A stretch of DNA of 64,000 nucleotides, taken from contig PCXA01000006.1 in the NCBI GenBank assembly GCA_002796325.1, positions 70,578-134,577 of the forward strand, read 5' to 3'. Source of the stretch: Deltaproteobacteria bacterium CG11_big_fil_rev_8_21_14_0_20_47_16. GTDB taxonomy: Bacteria > UBA10199 > GCA-002796325 > 1-14-0-20-47-16. The notes below the pieces were generated by a model. It saw only the letters and a program-made list of their open reading frames with translations. It was not told the DNA's origin and did not search any database. This document shows, in pieces, positions 19,697 through 28,923 of the stretch (position 1 is its first letter; each line of letters starts with the position of its first letter). The position numbers and the translations under genes were made by a program.

Positions 19697-20553
19697 ACGA
19701 TCATCTTCTCAATGTTCATGACCAAAATATCGGTTGCGCCAAACGATTTGAGTTTCTCCATCTTCTCCCAAAATTCATCTTCAGCGACTACAGCATGCAC
19801 GGCCACCAAGCCAGTGTCTGCCAACGGCACGATGGTTGGGCTTTTGGATCCCCCCATAATGTCGCGGATTTTTTCGGTGGCAGATTGTGGTGCGTTGAGC
19901 ATGACATATTTTTTGGAACGCGCATTGATTACACCATCCAAGCGCATGACCAAATCGCGAATGCGCGCCCCCGTGTCTGCAGCCTTGCAGCGTTCCGGAT
20001 TAGCAATCAGCGCTGCTTCGGATTCCATAACCGTTGCAATGGGTACAAGATTGTGGGTGGTGAGCGTGGTGCCAGTGCTCACCAAATCACAAATGGCATC
20101 GGCCACATTCAAGCTGGGCGTAATTTCAACCGAACCGGAAATTGGCACCAGTTCTGCCTTAACGCCCTCTTTCTTTAAATAAGATGACAAGATCGTGGGA
20201 TACGTCGTGGCAATCCGCATACCGTTTAACTCTTTCACGGTCTTGATTTTGCCCGACTGCGGCACCGCAATCTGCAACCGACACAAACCAAATCCCAATG
20301 GACGCAGGCGATCCACCTTTGCCGCACGTTCATTCACGACATTATCACCGACAATACCCAAATCCACGATGCCATCCTGCACATATTCCGGAATATCATC
20401 ATCGCGCAAAAACAGAATATCCACATCGTGATTGCGACACGGTGCAATCAACAAACGTTTATAGGTATCGAAGCGCAGGCCCATCTGACGAAGCAAGTCG
20501 ACACTCCATTCGGACAAGCGCCCTTCTTTTTGAATTGCGATACGAAGTTTCAT
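19693..20553 (-). CDS. hisG: ATP phosphoribosyltransferase (long form)
   Basis: The true start is the internal MKLRIAIQKEG, whose ATG is at 20551-20553. At 287 aa it includes the C-terminal regulatory domain, so no hisZ is needed. Confidence 0.9.
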   Translation of the reverse strand: MKLRIAIQKEGRLSEWSVDLLRQMGLRFDTYKRLLIAPCRNHDVDILFLRDDDIPEYVQDGIVDLGIVGDNVVNERAAKVDRLRPLGFGLCRLQIAVPQSGKIKTVKELNGMRIATTYPTILSSYLKKEGVKAELVPISGSVEITPSLNVADAICDLVSTGTTLTTHNLVPIATVMESEAALIANPERCKAADTGARIRDLVMRLDGVINARSKKYVMLNAPQSATEKIRDIMGGSKSPTIVPLADTGLVAVHAVVAEDEFWEKMEKLKSFGATDILVMNIEKMIV

Positions 20554-20885
20554 GCGGTTTTCCCTTTCACACGTTGAGTGCGGGCCAATGCCATGCGATA
20601 GCCCCCTTTTCCAAAGCGCAACCACTGGGCCACGCGTGTTATTGTCGCAGTTGAAACGCCAGTGGCTTGGTTGATTGAGCGGTACGATTCGCCTTTGGAC
20701 AGGCGCCGCACGACTTCCCAACGCTCTGCCATCGCGGCCAATTCTGTGCGCGTGCATAGATCTTCAAAAAACATGGCACACTCTTCTGCCGTTTTTAAAG
20801 ACGCAACAACGCGATACAATCGCTTCAAATCGGCCTCTAAGTCTATGTTTGCGGCGGATGCCCCACCTTTTGACTGTTTTAACAT
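20550..20885 (-). CDS. YerC/YecD-family TrpR-like DNA-binding protein
   Basis: This 111-aa protein (LYRVVASLKTAEECAMFFEDLCT...ELAAMAERWEVVRRL...SYRSINQATGVSTATITRV) is a Trp-repressor-like helix-turn-helix. Its stop overlaps the hisG start by 4 nt. Confidence 0.75.
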   Translation of the reverse strand: MLKQSKGGASAANIDLEADLKRLYRVVASLKTAEECAMFFEDLCTRTELAAMAERWEVVRRLSKGESYRSINQATGVSTATITRVAQWLRFGKGGYRMALARTQRVKGKTA

Positions 20886-21018
20886 GGTAGCACACTAAAA
20901 CACCATTTTTACGACCCGGTCAAGTGTTTTTCCAGAGGGCGTTTTGCTTTTGACAAACAGTGCCAAATCCCTTTAGAATACGCCAACTTTTAACCATTCC
21001 TTAAAGAAAGAAGCATTC

Positions 21019-23469
21019 ATGGGGGCATCCAAATCTACATCTGCAACAATTCGCCAACGCCGGCTCAAAGAACTCTATGGCGTCCTCTTTTCTGCATTGG
21101 GCGTCTTCTTTGCACTCTGTCTCATCTCTTATGACCCCGCAGATCCCGCACTGTCCGCTGTTTCAAACGTCCAAAATGTCAGCAACCTGGCGGGACGCGT
21201 TGGTGCTTACACTGCAGACATTCTCTTTTTAACCTTTGGCGTTGGCAGCTATTTCCTCTGCGGCGTTTTCTTTCTGGTTGCGGTCATGCAGTTCATGGGC
21301 CGCTCTATTTCCATGCAATGGAAAGAATTGCTAGCCTGTGCAGGCATCGTCATTTCAGCCGCCATGCTCATGCACTTGCGCTTTGACACCATTCACATTG
21401 CAGGTACCGCCATTGAATCCGGTGGATTCCTGGGCTCTTTTTTCTCCGAAGTACTCCGGCACTACTTGAACACTGCTGGGGCCTACATTGTGTCTGCAAC
21501 ACTCCTGATGGGATGCTTACTGTTTGCTACAAAGCTCTCACTGGTGACTGTATTCAAAGCAATCTGGGCCGCCATGCTGTGGACCTGGGAAGGTCTCTCA
21601 CAAAATGCCGTCATCTATTTAGAACGCAGCAAAAAGTGGCTGCCCAAACTGGGTCGCCTTATCATGAGCCTCTTTGGCAAGCTGGAAACATTGGCTCAAT
21701 ACCGTCCTGCACAATCATCCAACTCAAAAGTGGTGTCCATCAAGAGCAAGGTCAAAGTTAATCGTCCGAAGCCCATGGTGGAAGAAGCGCCTGCACCCGC
21801 TCGCAAAATTATCAAAGCCGCTGAGGCTGAAAAATTATTGGCGGGCGCCAGTGCCAGCGCTGCACCAGCTGCCCCTATATCCAAAACAGATACCGCTACT
21901 GCGGGTGGCCCCAAAATCTTTGAACGCGTCGATATTAAAGAGAAGCGATCTGCCAACGAAGAACAGCTGGAACTCAATCGCATGCACAGCAACTACGAGT
22001 TCCCATCATTGGCATACTTGGATTCACCGGAACAAAAAACCACCGAGGTGGACGAAGAACAACTGCGCCAACAGGCCGAAATTCTTGAGCGCAAATTGCA
22101 GGACTATAATGTGGATGGCCGCGTCACCGAAATTCACCCAGGCCCTGTCGTTACCATGTATGAATACGAGCCTGCACCTGGCGTGAAGGTCAACAAGATC
22201 GTCAATTTGTCCGACGACTTGAGTGTTTCCATGGGCGGTCGCTCCACCCGTATTGTGCCCCATCTGCCCGGCAAAGCAGCCATTGGTATTGAAATCCCCA
22301 ACATGATTCGCGAAACCGTGTGGCTGAAGGAAATTATTGGCGACAGCAAGTTCCGCAAGGCACAAACCAAATTGCCATTGGCCATTGGTAAAAACATTGA
22401 AGGCCATCCGGTTGTTGCCGACTTAACCAAGATGCCCCACTTGTTGGTGGCCGGTGCCACCGGTGCTGGTAAATCCGTGGCCATCAACAGCATGATCTGC
22501 AGTATTTTGTACAAGGCCACACCAGCCGAAGTACGCATGATCTTGGTGGATCCCAAAATGTTGGAACTCTCCATTTACGAAGGTATTCCCCACTTGCTGT
22601 TGCCCGTTGTCACCAAACCCAAAAAGGCCACACTCGCACTCAATTGGGCCGTTCGTGAAATGGAACGCCGCTATCGTCACCTGTCCGCTGCGGGCGTGCG
22701 CAACATTATTGGCTACAACGAAAAGATCGAAAAGAAGCAGTTGGATACAGTGTCACCGGAAGAAGCTGAAAAAATCACCATAGCCAATCCCGAAGCCGTG
22801 GCCCACACCGGAAAATTACCTTACATTGTCATCATCATCGATGAAATGGCGGACCTGATGATGGTGGCATCACGCGATATTGAAGAGTCGGTCACACGAC
22901 TTGCGCAGATGGCACGTGCTGCGGGTATTCACTTGATTCTGGCCACACAGCGGCCATCCGTGGACGTGATCACCGGTATCATCAAAGCCAACTTCCCAGC
23001 GCGTATTTCATTTAAGGTGAGCTCCAAACATGACTCGCGCACCATTATTGATACCGTTGGTTCTGAACACCTGTTGGGCAATGGTGACATGCTCTTTTTA
23101 CCGCCATCCGCCAGCGGTCTTGTGCGTATTCACGGCGCGTTCATTTCCGAAGATGAAATCCATCGCATCGTGGGTCACTTAAAAGAACAAGGCAAACCCA
23201 TCTATGACGAAAGCATTTTGGCAGCCAATCCCGCCGGAGAAGGTGCTGCGGAAGATAGCGAACAAGATGAAATGTATGATCAGGCTGTTGCTCTTGTTGC
23301 AGAAAGCCAACAGGCATCCATTTCAATGGTGCAGCGCCGCCTGCGCATTGGCTATAACCGTGCCGCCCGCATGATTGAACGCATGGAGGCTGAAGGTATT
23401 ATTGGCCCCCAAGTCGGCAGCAAACCCCGCGAGGTCTTGGTCTCTCATCATGAAGCTGAAAATTCTTAG
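21019..23469 (+). CDS. ftsK: DNA translocase FtsK
   Basis: An N-terminal 4-TM domain is followed by a Pro/Ala-rich linker. The RecA-like motor has Walker A (GATGAGKS) and Walker B (IIIDEMAD) motifs, and there is a C-terminal gamma domain. Confidence 0.9.
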   Translation: MGASKSTSATIRQRRLKELYGVLFSALGVFFALCLISYDPADPALSAVSNVQNVSNLAGRVGAYTADILFLTFGVGSYFLCGVFFLVAVMQFMGRSISMQWKELLACAGIVISAAMLMHLRFDTIHIAGTAIESGGFLGSFFSEVLRHYLNTAGAYIVSATLLMGCLLFATKLSLVTVFKAIWAAMLWTWEGLSQNAVIYLERSKKWLPKLGRLIMSLFGKLETLAQYRPAQSSNSKVVSIKSKVKVNRPKPMVEEAPAPARKIIKAAEAEKLLAGASASAAPAAPISKTDTATAGGPKIFERVDIKEKRSANEEQLELNRMHSNYEFPSLAYLDSPEQKTTEVDEEQLRQQAEILERKLQDYNVDGRVTEIHPGPVVTMYEYEPAPGVKVNKIVNLSDDLSVSMGGRSTRIVPHLPGKAAIGIEIPNMIRETVWLKEIIGDSKFRKAQTKLPLAIGKNIEGHPVVADLTKMPHLLVAGATGAGKSVAINSMICSILYKATPAEVRMILVDPKMLELSIYEGIPHLLLPVVTKPKKATLALNWAVREMERRYRHLSAAGVRNIIGYNEKIEKKQLDTVSPEEAEKITIANPEAVAHTGKLPYIVIIIDEMADLMMVASRDIEESVTRLAQMARAAGIHLILATQRPSVDVITGIIKANFPARISFKVSSKHDSRTIIDTVGSEHLLGNGDMLFLPPSASGLVRIHGAFISEDEIHRIVGHLKEQGKPIYDESILAANPAGEGAAEDSEQDEMYDQAVALVAESQQASISMVQRRLRIGYNRAARMIERMEAEGIIGPQVGSKPREVLVSHHEAENS

Positions 23470-24055
23470 TCTATCGCTCCTGGTATCAGTCACATGTCAC
23501 GCCATGTCGCTCGATGATGCAATCGACATTGTGCAGAATAAATATCGCTCGCTCAACACACTCTCGGCAACATTCACACAGAGCACACGCCTTAAACTGT
23601 TGAATAAAAATGTCACGTCAACGGGGACACTCGAACTTAAAAAACCTGGCAAGATGCGCATTGCGTACGACGACGCCCATGGCAAAATTTATATCAGCGA
23701 TGGCAAAATATTGTGGGTTGCTGACAAGGCCACTCACCAGGCAGACAAATACAAGATCGGTGCCAGCGAAGTTCCCAAAGAAGCGCTTACATTTTTGAAT
23801 GGCTTTGGCGACATTCGTGAAACCTTTGGCGTGGCCACGTGGTCAGCGGACAAAATCAAAACCAAAGGCATTATGTTGCAACTGGTTCCCCAAAAGGAAA
23901 CGTCATACACAGCACTCGATGCCACGTTTAGCGCAGATGGCATTCTTACACAGCTCACCATCTATAACCGATCCGGAAACACCTCCCATTATCGCTTCAG
24001 TCAAATCACTGAGAACATGCCCCTGTCAGACAATCTATTTCGTCTGACGCAGTAA
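23450..24055 (+). CDS. lolA: Outer-membrane lipoprotein carrier protein LolA
   Basis: A signal peptide (MKLKILSLSLLVSVTCHA) is followed by the LolA fold motif FTQ. It sits immediately after ftsK, as in E. coli. Confidence 0.85.
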   Translation: MKLKILSLSLLVSVTCHAMSLDDAIDIVQNKYRSLNTLSATFTQSTRLKLLNKNVTSTGTLELKKPGKMRIAYDDAHGKIYISDGKILWVADKATHQADKYKIGASEVPKEALTFLNGFGDIRETFGVATWSADKIKTKGIMLQLVPQKETSYTALDATFSADGILTQLTIYNRSGNTSHYRFSQITENMPLSDNLFRLTQ

Positions 24056-24149
24056 AATATTATTTATTTTCATATAGTTATACATTAGCAACTTTTTGGG
24101 CTCCCTGCCGATACATAGAGCCTAGCGACCATACAGGAGTAATACTGCA

Positions 24150-25739
24150 ATGTCAGATTTGAATATTCGCAATTGTGTCGGACCCTGCATGCCATTGGAC
24201 GACACATTGGCACGTCTTCAATTTCAAGCCTCAGTTGATTTGGGCAATGAGTCCAACGTCACCACTGTTGATAGACACTGGGCATCACTCACCGCACCAA
24301 TCAATCAGTTGGATGACGGAGACCTCTTTTTTGCACTCGCCCATCCTTCATTTTATGGAGATACCCCTGAAGTAAGTCAAAAGCTGCAACACCAATTGGG
24401 TTATAACCGCTTCGACAGAATTCAATTTAAAACCTTCCCCCTTTCCAACACCGCACAATTGGCCATGGTGGTAATTGAACCAGAAAAAATCGACCCCAGC
24501 GCACCACCGATTATTTTTGGAACCGGATTCGCGCATCCCAGCGCACTATACGTGCGTAGTATGGAAAAATTGGCCAAAGAAATGCAGTGCAAGGTTATTT
24601 TATTTGATCAACCCGGAAACGGTGGCAGCCAAAGCGCATCTACCGTTAACCAAGTCGATTTTTATAACGCCTTGAAGGAAGCCATTCGTATCAATGTACC
24701 AGAAGATGGCCGCTACTATGTGGCTGCCCACAGCCTGGGTAGCAGCGGTGCCTATCAACTGTTCAATGACATTCACGCTGGCAAAACCCCTGTTGGCAAT
24801 CGCAGACTTGTACGCATGATGCTGATCAATCCCATCCCCACCAAGTTTCAGGAAAGTACTGAAAAGGGAAAACTAGCCCGCACATTTTTATGGAGTGGTC
24901 TGGGAAGCCAAGTGGCACATGGTTTTACAGCCATGCGTGCTGGCACATTGGATTTATTTGATAACGGACTATCCGAATACATGCGCCCCCAAACACGTGC
25001 CAGAATTGCACGTGAACAACCCAACATTTCACTCGCAGGTGTTATCAGCACGTTGGGCAATTTGGATTTACAGGCCCCACTCGACGCCGTGGGCCACGAT
25101 GATCGCTTGGTGATTGTTCTGGGCAAAGATGACCAGTTAATGAATTGGGATGTTGATGCATACCAAGGTAAGCGCGGCTATTATGTGATCAATAGCGACC
25201 ACGGTGGCCTTTTGATTGACGGTATGGCTAATGATGCTGACATTAAAAGCTATGCAAAAATTTTAACTCAAGCACCTGACCCAAAATTAGCGAGTATTAG
25301 CAAAGAGAGCGCCTATCGATCAATGGGCGGCATCATTCGCCTGGGCCTGCTTTCAACCACTCAAACCCCATCGATGTGGCTTGTTCCAGAACTAACCGTG
25401 CGGCGCGGCTTAACTACATTGCCGGGTGACTTTGGCATTTTTGCAGGCGGTGGATTCTTTGCCGAACTGGGACACGCTTACACACAAAACTTGTGGCACG
25501 CCAATACCCAAGCACAAGCATTTGTTGGCATCGAACATTTGCGTCTGCCCATTGAAGCACAAGTCGGTATTCGCGGTGGTGTGAACTATATTGATCCCTT
25601 CCACCCATTCACCACAGGCGCCTACACCACCCTGCGAATCAATGCTGCACGAATTGTAGATCTTGAGGCCCAGATCCGTTGGGACTTGCATGGCCACTTC
25701 CAGGACTTTATTGCCGGCTTACGCTTGCGGGTGCTTTAG
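24150..25739 (+). CDS. Alpha/beta-hydrolase-fold protein with a C-terminal beta-rich domain
   Basis: A GxSxG nucleophile elbow (AAHSLGSS) is followed by an extra C-terminal domain of about 150 aa. There is no signal peptide. Confidence 0.5.
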   Translation: MSDLNIRNCVGPCMPLDDTLARLQFQASVDLGNESNVTTVDRHWASLTAPINQLDDGDLFFALAHPSFYGDTPEVSQKLQHQLGYNRFDRIQFKTFPLSNTAQLAMVVIEPEKIDPSAPPIIFGTGFAHPSALYVRSMEKLAKEMQCKVILFDQPGNGGSQSASTVNQVDFYNALKEAIRINVPEDGRYYVAAHSLGSSGAYQLFNDIHAGKTPVGNRRLVRMMLINPIPTKFQESTEKGKLARTFLWSGLGSQVAHGFTAMRAGTLDLFDNGLSEYMRPQTRARIAREQPNISLAGVISTLGNLDLQAPLDAVGHDDRLVIVLGKDDQLMNWDVDAYQGKRGYYVINSDHGGLLIDGMANDADIKSYAKILTQAPDPKLASISKESAYRSMGGIIRLGLLSTTQTPSMWLVPELTVRRGLTTLPGDFGIFAGGGFFAELGHAYTQNLWHANTQAQAFVGIEHLRLPIEAQVGIRGGVNYIDPFHPFTTGAYTTLRINAARIVDLEAQIRWDLHGHFQDFIAGLRLRVL

Positions 25740-25741
25740 AA

Positions 25742-27961
25742 TTACAGGAATTCCGTCAACGTCTCTGGGATTTTGCCAAATAAAATGCCATCGACAGCAT
25801 GGTAGGCGGGATCACGGCGCACATCCGACTCGTTTTCACCAGTCGCCAATACAACTCTGCGAGCACCATTTTCCTTCAAATAGCCCAGCATCTGCGCCCC
25901 ATTGTACTGAGAATTTTCAATATTCTTGTCAATGACACACAGATCGCAACTTGCAAGATCGATGTCCGCCTGAATCGCAGCCTCCAGATTTGGAAAACTG
26001 TGCAGCGTGACAATACCAAGACGATTTTTAAGTGCGTTCCAGGTGACGCGAATGGCGTTGTCGTCGTCGATTAAAAGGACAGTGTGCCCAGCTTTGTCAT
26101 TCTGAGGGAGCGTAGCGACCGAAGAATCTAGACTCCTCACCACCACCTTGGGCAACGGTTTGGGGCACAAGGTCACGTTGAGCTTCTGTGCAGCTTCTTT
26201 AATTGCCGGCTTCCAGTATTCCGCGGTTGCCAAAACACACTGCACGGCACCCTTTTCTTTTAGACGACGGATGATTTCCAGGCCATCAACGATGCTGTTG
26301 TCAAAGTGGTAGTCGATGATGAAGGTATTTCCCTCTCCTTGTGGGAGAGGGCCAGGGTGAGGGGGCAGTGCACTCGCATACTCTTCCCAGCAAGTATAAA
26401 TCTCCGGCGTCACCCCCTGCGCCTTCAACGTTAACCGCCATTGCTCGCGCAGACTGGATTCGTCGTCGATGACAACAACTTTGGAATCTGCATTGACTGG
26501 GATTGTAATAAGCATTTCTTCATTTTGAATTGTTGCGGGGAGCGTGATGATGAACGTGGTGCCCACACCCACTTTAGACTCAATGGCCAGTGAACCCTTA
26601 TGGGCATCCACCATGTCGCGCACCACTTTGGTGCCAATGCCGTGGCCATCTTCTTTGCCTTCGCTGTGACCACCTTGCAAAATGAGTGAAATTTTATCGG
26701 CAGGAATACCCGGGCCAGTGTCGGTGATGCGAATAGAAACTCCCTCTCCCCCCGTGGGAGAGGTTTGGGGTGAGGGGGTCTTGAGTGTTGTCGACACTGT
26801 GAGCTGTTTAACTTTGTCGGAAGTATTCTGCTGCATCGCCTCTAGCGCGTTTTTAATGATATTCCCAATGGCACGGGCCATGCCCGTTTTGTCACCGGTC
26901 ACATACAAAGCTTCTGTATGGTACTGCTTTTTAAACTCTGTTCCTTGACCCAGTGGCGACGCACGTAGTTCGCCGATCAACTCGTCCAATACTTCGTGGA
27001 TTGAAAATAGCTGTTCAGCCGCCGATTCACCCATATGATTTGAGAGCAGGCCGTTTGCGATATTGTCTAACCGATTGCTGGACAATTGAAGTAAGTTGAA
27101 TAGCTCTTCAGCATCTTTGTCGTTTCCAAATTTATCACGTAGCAACATTAAAGCTGCACGCATTGATGACAATGGGGAGCGGATGTCGTGGGCAACCCGC
27201 GAAGAAAGCTTTCCAAGTTCAGCATCAAATTCAAGCTGCTTGGCCTGTTCTTGATATTCTTTGTTGGCGTTGAGGCTTTTTTGTAGTGATAATGCCAATG
27301 CTCTCAGTTCTTTTAATCGAAAATTATTAACACCTATGCCAATATCGTCACCGCCTTTAATCAATTCAATCATGCGTTTTGTTGGGCGCATAACAAATTG
27401 ACGAAGGATGAAAAGGGCTGCAATTACTATTGCAACGAGCCAAATTAGCACAAGCGTCAGGTATTGTAGAAATGCAGTGTTTCTAAAACGCTGAAATGGT
27501 TTAAGGTCCATTTCCTTTACGAGATAACCCACGTTCTGACCTGCTGAAAGCAGCTCGTGGTAAATGCGAAATGATGTCGGTGTATATTCGTAACAGGTTG
27601 GGGATTGACGAAAATATGTTTTGAAACTTCCCACCTGACATGTTTCCAGTACATGCGTAGAAATGGCTGATTGGGGCAAAATGTAAGCAGCCCTAAGTCC
27701 TTCTCCCTCTTTTATTCCTTGTAAGAGGTTGTTTACTTCGTCCTGTTTGTCTAAGATAATCTTCGGAGTTATTACTGCATAGTATGATGAGGTATAAGCG
27801 GCACTCTTTGAAAGATTATCGTTTCGCCATGCCGTATTGTATCTCTCGGCTTCTTTATTCACCATGACATAACCGATTCCTATCGTTGCGCAAGCACCAA
27901 CCAGCAGTATGCACGCAAGCACCTGATTCAGTGTAAATTGCGTGGGCGGCCTTTTGTTCAT
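25742..27961 (-). CDS. Hybrid sensor histidine kinase with two receiver domains
   Basis: Two TM segments flank a periplasmic sensor domain. The H-box is HDIRSPLSSMRAAL. The HATPase domain has a G1 box (ITDTGPGI) and a G2 box (GHGIGT). Two receiver domains follow (VVVIDDESS and VLLIDDDNA). The gene contains two in-frame copies of the palindromic repeat. Confidence 0.85.
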   Translation of the reverse strand: MNKRPPTQFTLNQVLACILLVGACATIGIGYVMVNKEAERYNTAWRNDNLSKSAAYTSSYYAVITPKIILDKQDEVNNLLQGIKEGEGLRAAYILPQSAISTHVLETCQVGSFKTYFRQSPTCYEYTPTSFRIYHELLSAGQNVGYLVKEMDLKPFQRFRNTAFLQYLTLVLIWLVAIVIAALFILRQFVMRPTKRMIELIKGGDDIGIGVNNFRLKELRALALSLQKSLNANKEYQEQAKQLEFDAELGKLSSRVAHDIRSPLSSMRAALMLLRDKFGNDKDAEELFNLLQLSSNRLDNIANGLLSNHMGESAAEQLFSIHEVLDELIGELRASPLGQGTEFKKQYHTEALYVTGDKTGMARAIGNIIKNALEAMQQNTSDKVKQLTVSTTLKTPSPQTSPTGGEGVSIRITDTGPGIPADKISLILQGGHSEGKEDGHGIGTKVVRDMVDAHKGSLAIESKVGVGTTFIITLPATIQNEEMLITIPVNADSKVVVIDDESSLREQWRLTLKAQGVTPEIYTCWEEYASALPPHPGPLPQGEGNTFIIDYHFDNSIVDGLEIIRRLKEKGAVQCVLATAEYWKPAIKEAAQKLNVTLCPKPLPKVVVRSLDSSVATLPQNDKAGHTVLLIDDDNAIRVTWNALKNRLGIVTLHSFPNLEAAIQADIDLASCDLCVIDKNIENSQYNGAQMLGYLKENGARRVVLATGENESDVRRDPAYHAVDGILFGKIPETLTEFL
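26331..26365. repeat. Palindromic repeat element, copy 2, inserted in-frame in the first receiver domain of the histidine kinase
   Basis: The sequence CCCTCTCC-ttgt-GGGAGAGGG-cca-GGGTGAGGGGG on the minus strand encodes PPHPGPLPQGEG, placed between helix alpha2 and strand beta3 of the receiver domain. Confidence 0.7.
26742..26778. repeat. Palindromic repeat element, copy 3, inserted in-frame in the HATPase ATP-lid region of the histidine kinase
   Basis: The sequence CCCTCTCCCC-ccgt-GGGAGAGG-tttg-GGGTGAGGGGG encodes TPSPQTSPTGGEG just upstream of the G1 box. Confidence 0.7.
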
Positions 27962-28923
27962 TCCGAATTTCCCTCAAGGGTGGTGGTTGATTTAAGCAGT
28001 GTGACTGGCGTGAGAGTGTTTGTCCTTTCGTGTTTACGCTGGATACATTCAATCAAGTTATCCAGGCCAATTTTACCCATGACTTCGGGTGCCTGCACAA
28101 TAGATGCATCAATTTTTTGAAGAAGCAAGCCTTTTTGACCAACCAGCGTTCCGTCAACACCAACAATGATAGGGCGCTTAAGCGATGGGTGCTCACTGTA
28201 GTAACGGCTGATGCCCAAGGCCATTGGATCGTTATAAGCAAAGATGGCATCAATCGGTTGTTTCTTACTTCGTACAAATGAGGAAAACTCTGTGTGAGCC
28301 GATTCTTCTTCCCACCATCCCTGAACGAATCCAATAAGATGGATATTTTTATGCTGAGACATCTCAGAAACAAAACCATTTTCCCTATCAATACTAGACT
28401 GGTGCTTGTGATTGCCTCGCATTAAAAAGACTGACCCACTAGAAACGTGCTCAATAATGTATTGAGCAGCCAGTTTCCCGGCATAAACATTATCCGTGCC
28501 AACAAACCCACAATCATTCTTAAATGACCTGCTGGTAGCCGTGTCTGATAGTGGTGTATCAATAAGAATAAACGGCATGCCCGCTTTATCGATTGCCTCC
28601 ATGTATGAAACAAGGGCCTCCGAATCATTGGGGGCCAACATAACGCCATCGTATTCTTTACTGCTTGCGATGTCTTTCAGTGCCTGTTTTTGGGTTTCAA
28701 CGTCCTGCTGGCTACTGCCTGAGATGATGTCAACTTGTATGCCGTCCTTGGCCATTTCTTTTCTAACGCCGTTTGCAATACCATCATGAAAGCTTTCACC
28801 CTTGAGTTTTGCAACATAAGCAATTTTCAATACCTTCTGTTGCTGCGCTTTTTGCCCAGAACAGCACATAGATAGCAGTGCTGTTGAAATTAGGGTTGCC
28901 AGTTTGAGAACGTGTTGCGCCAT
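27958..28923 (-). CDS. Periplasmic binding protein (type-I, sugar-binding/TorT-like fold), probable lipoprotein
   Basis: A signal peptide with Cys (LLSMCCSG) precedes a periplasmic-binding-protein fold with sugar-binding-like motifs. It is translationally coupled to the downstream hybrid kinase by a 4-nt overlap. Confidence 0.6.
   Translation of the reverse strand: MAQHVLKLATLISTALLSMCCSGQKAQQQKVLKIAYVAKLKGESFHDGIANGVRKEMAKDGIQVDIISGSSQQDVETQKQALKDIASSKEYDGVMLAPNDSEALVSYMEAIDKAGMPFILIDTPLSDTATSRSFKNDCGFVGTDNVYAGKLAAQYIIEHVSSGSVFLMRGNHKHQSSIDRENGFVSEMSQHKNIHLIGFVQGWWEEESAHTEFSSFVRSKKQPIDAIFAYNDPMALGISRYYSEHPSLKRPIIVGVDGTLVGQKGLLLQKIDASIVQAPEVMGKIGLDNLIECIQRKHERTNTLTPVTLLKSTTTLEGNSE

Noticed and set aside
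24060-24090. Shared decamer ATAGTTATAC near 24075 and again near 33095
   Set aside because: There are only two copies, they are short and AT-rich, and they sit in different orientation relative to the adjacent genes. This is most likely chance.
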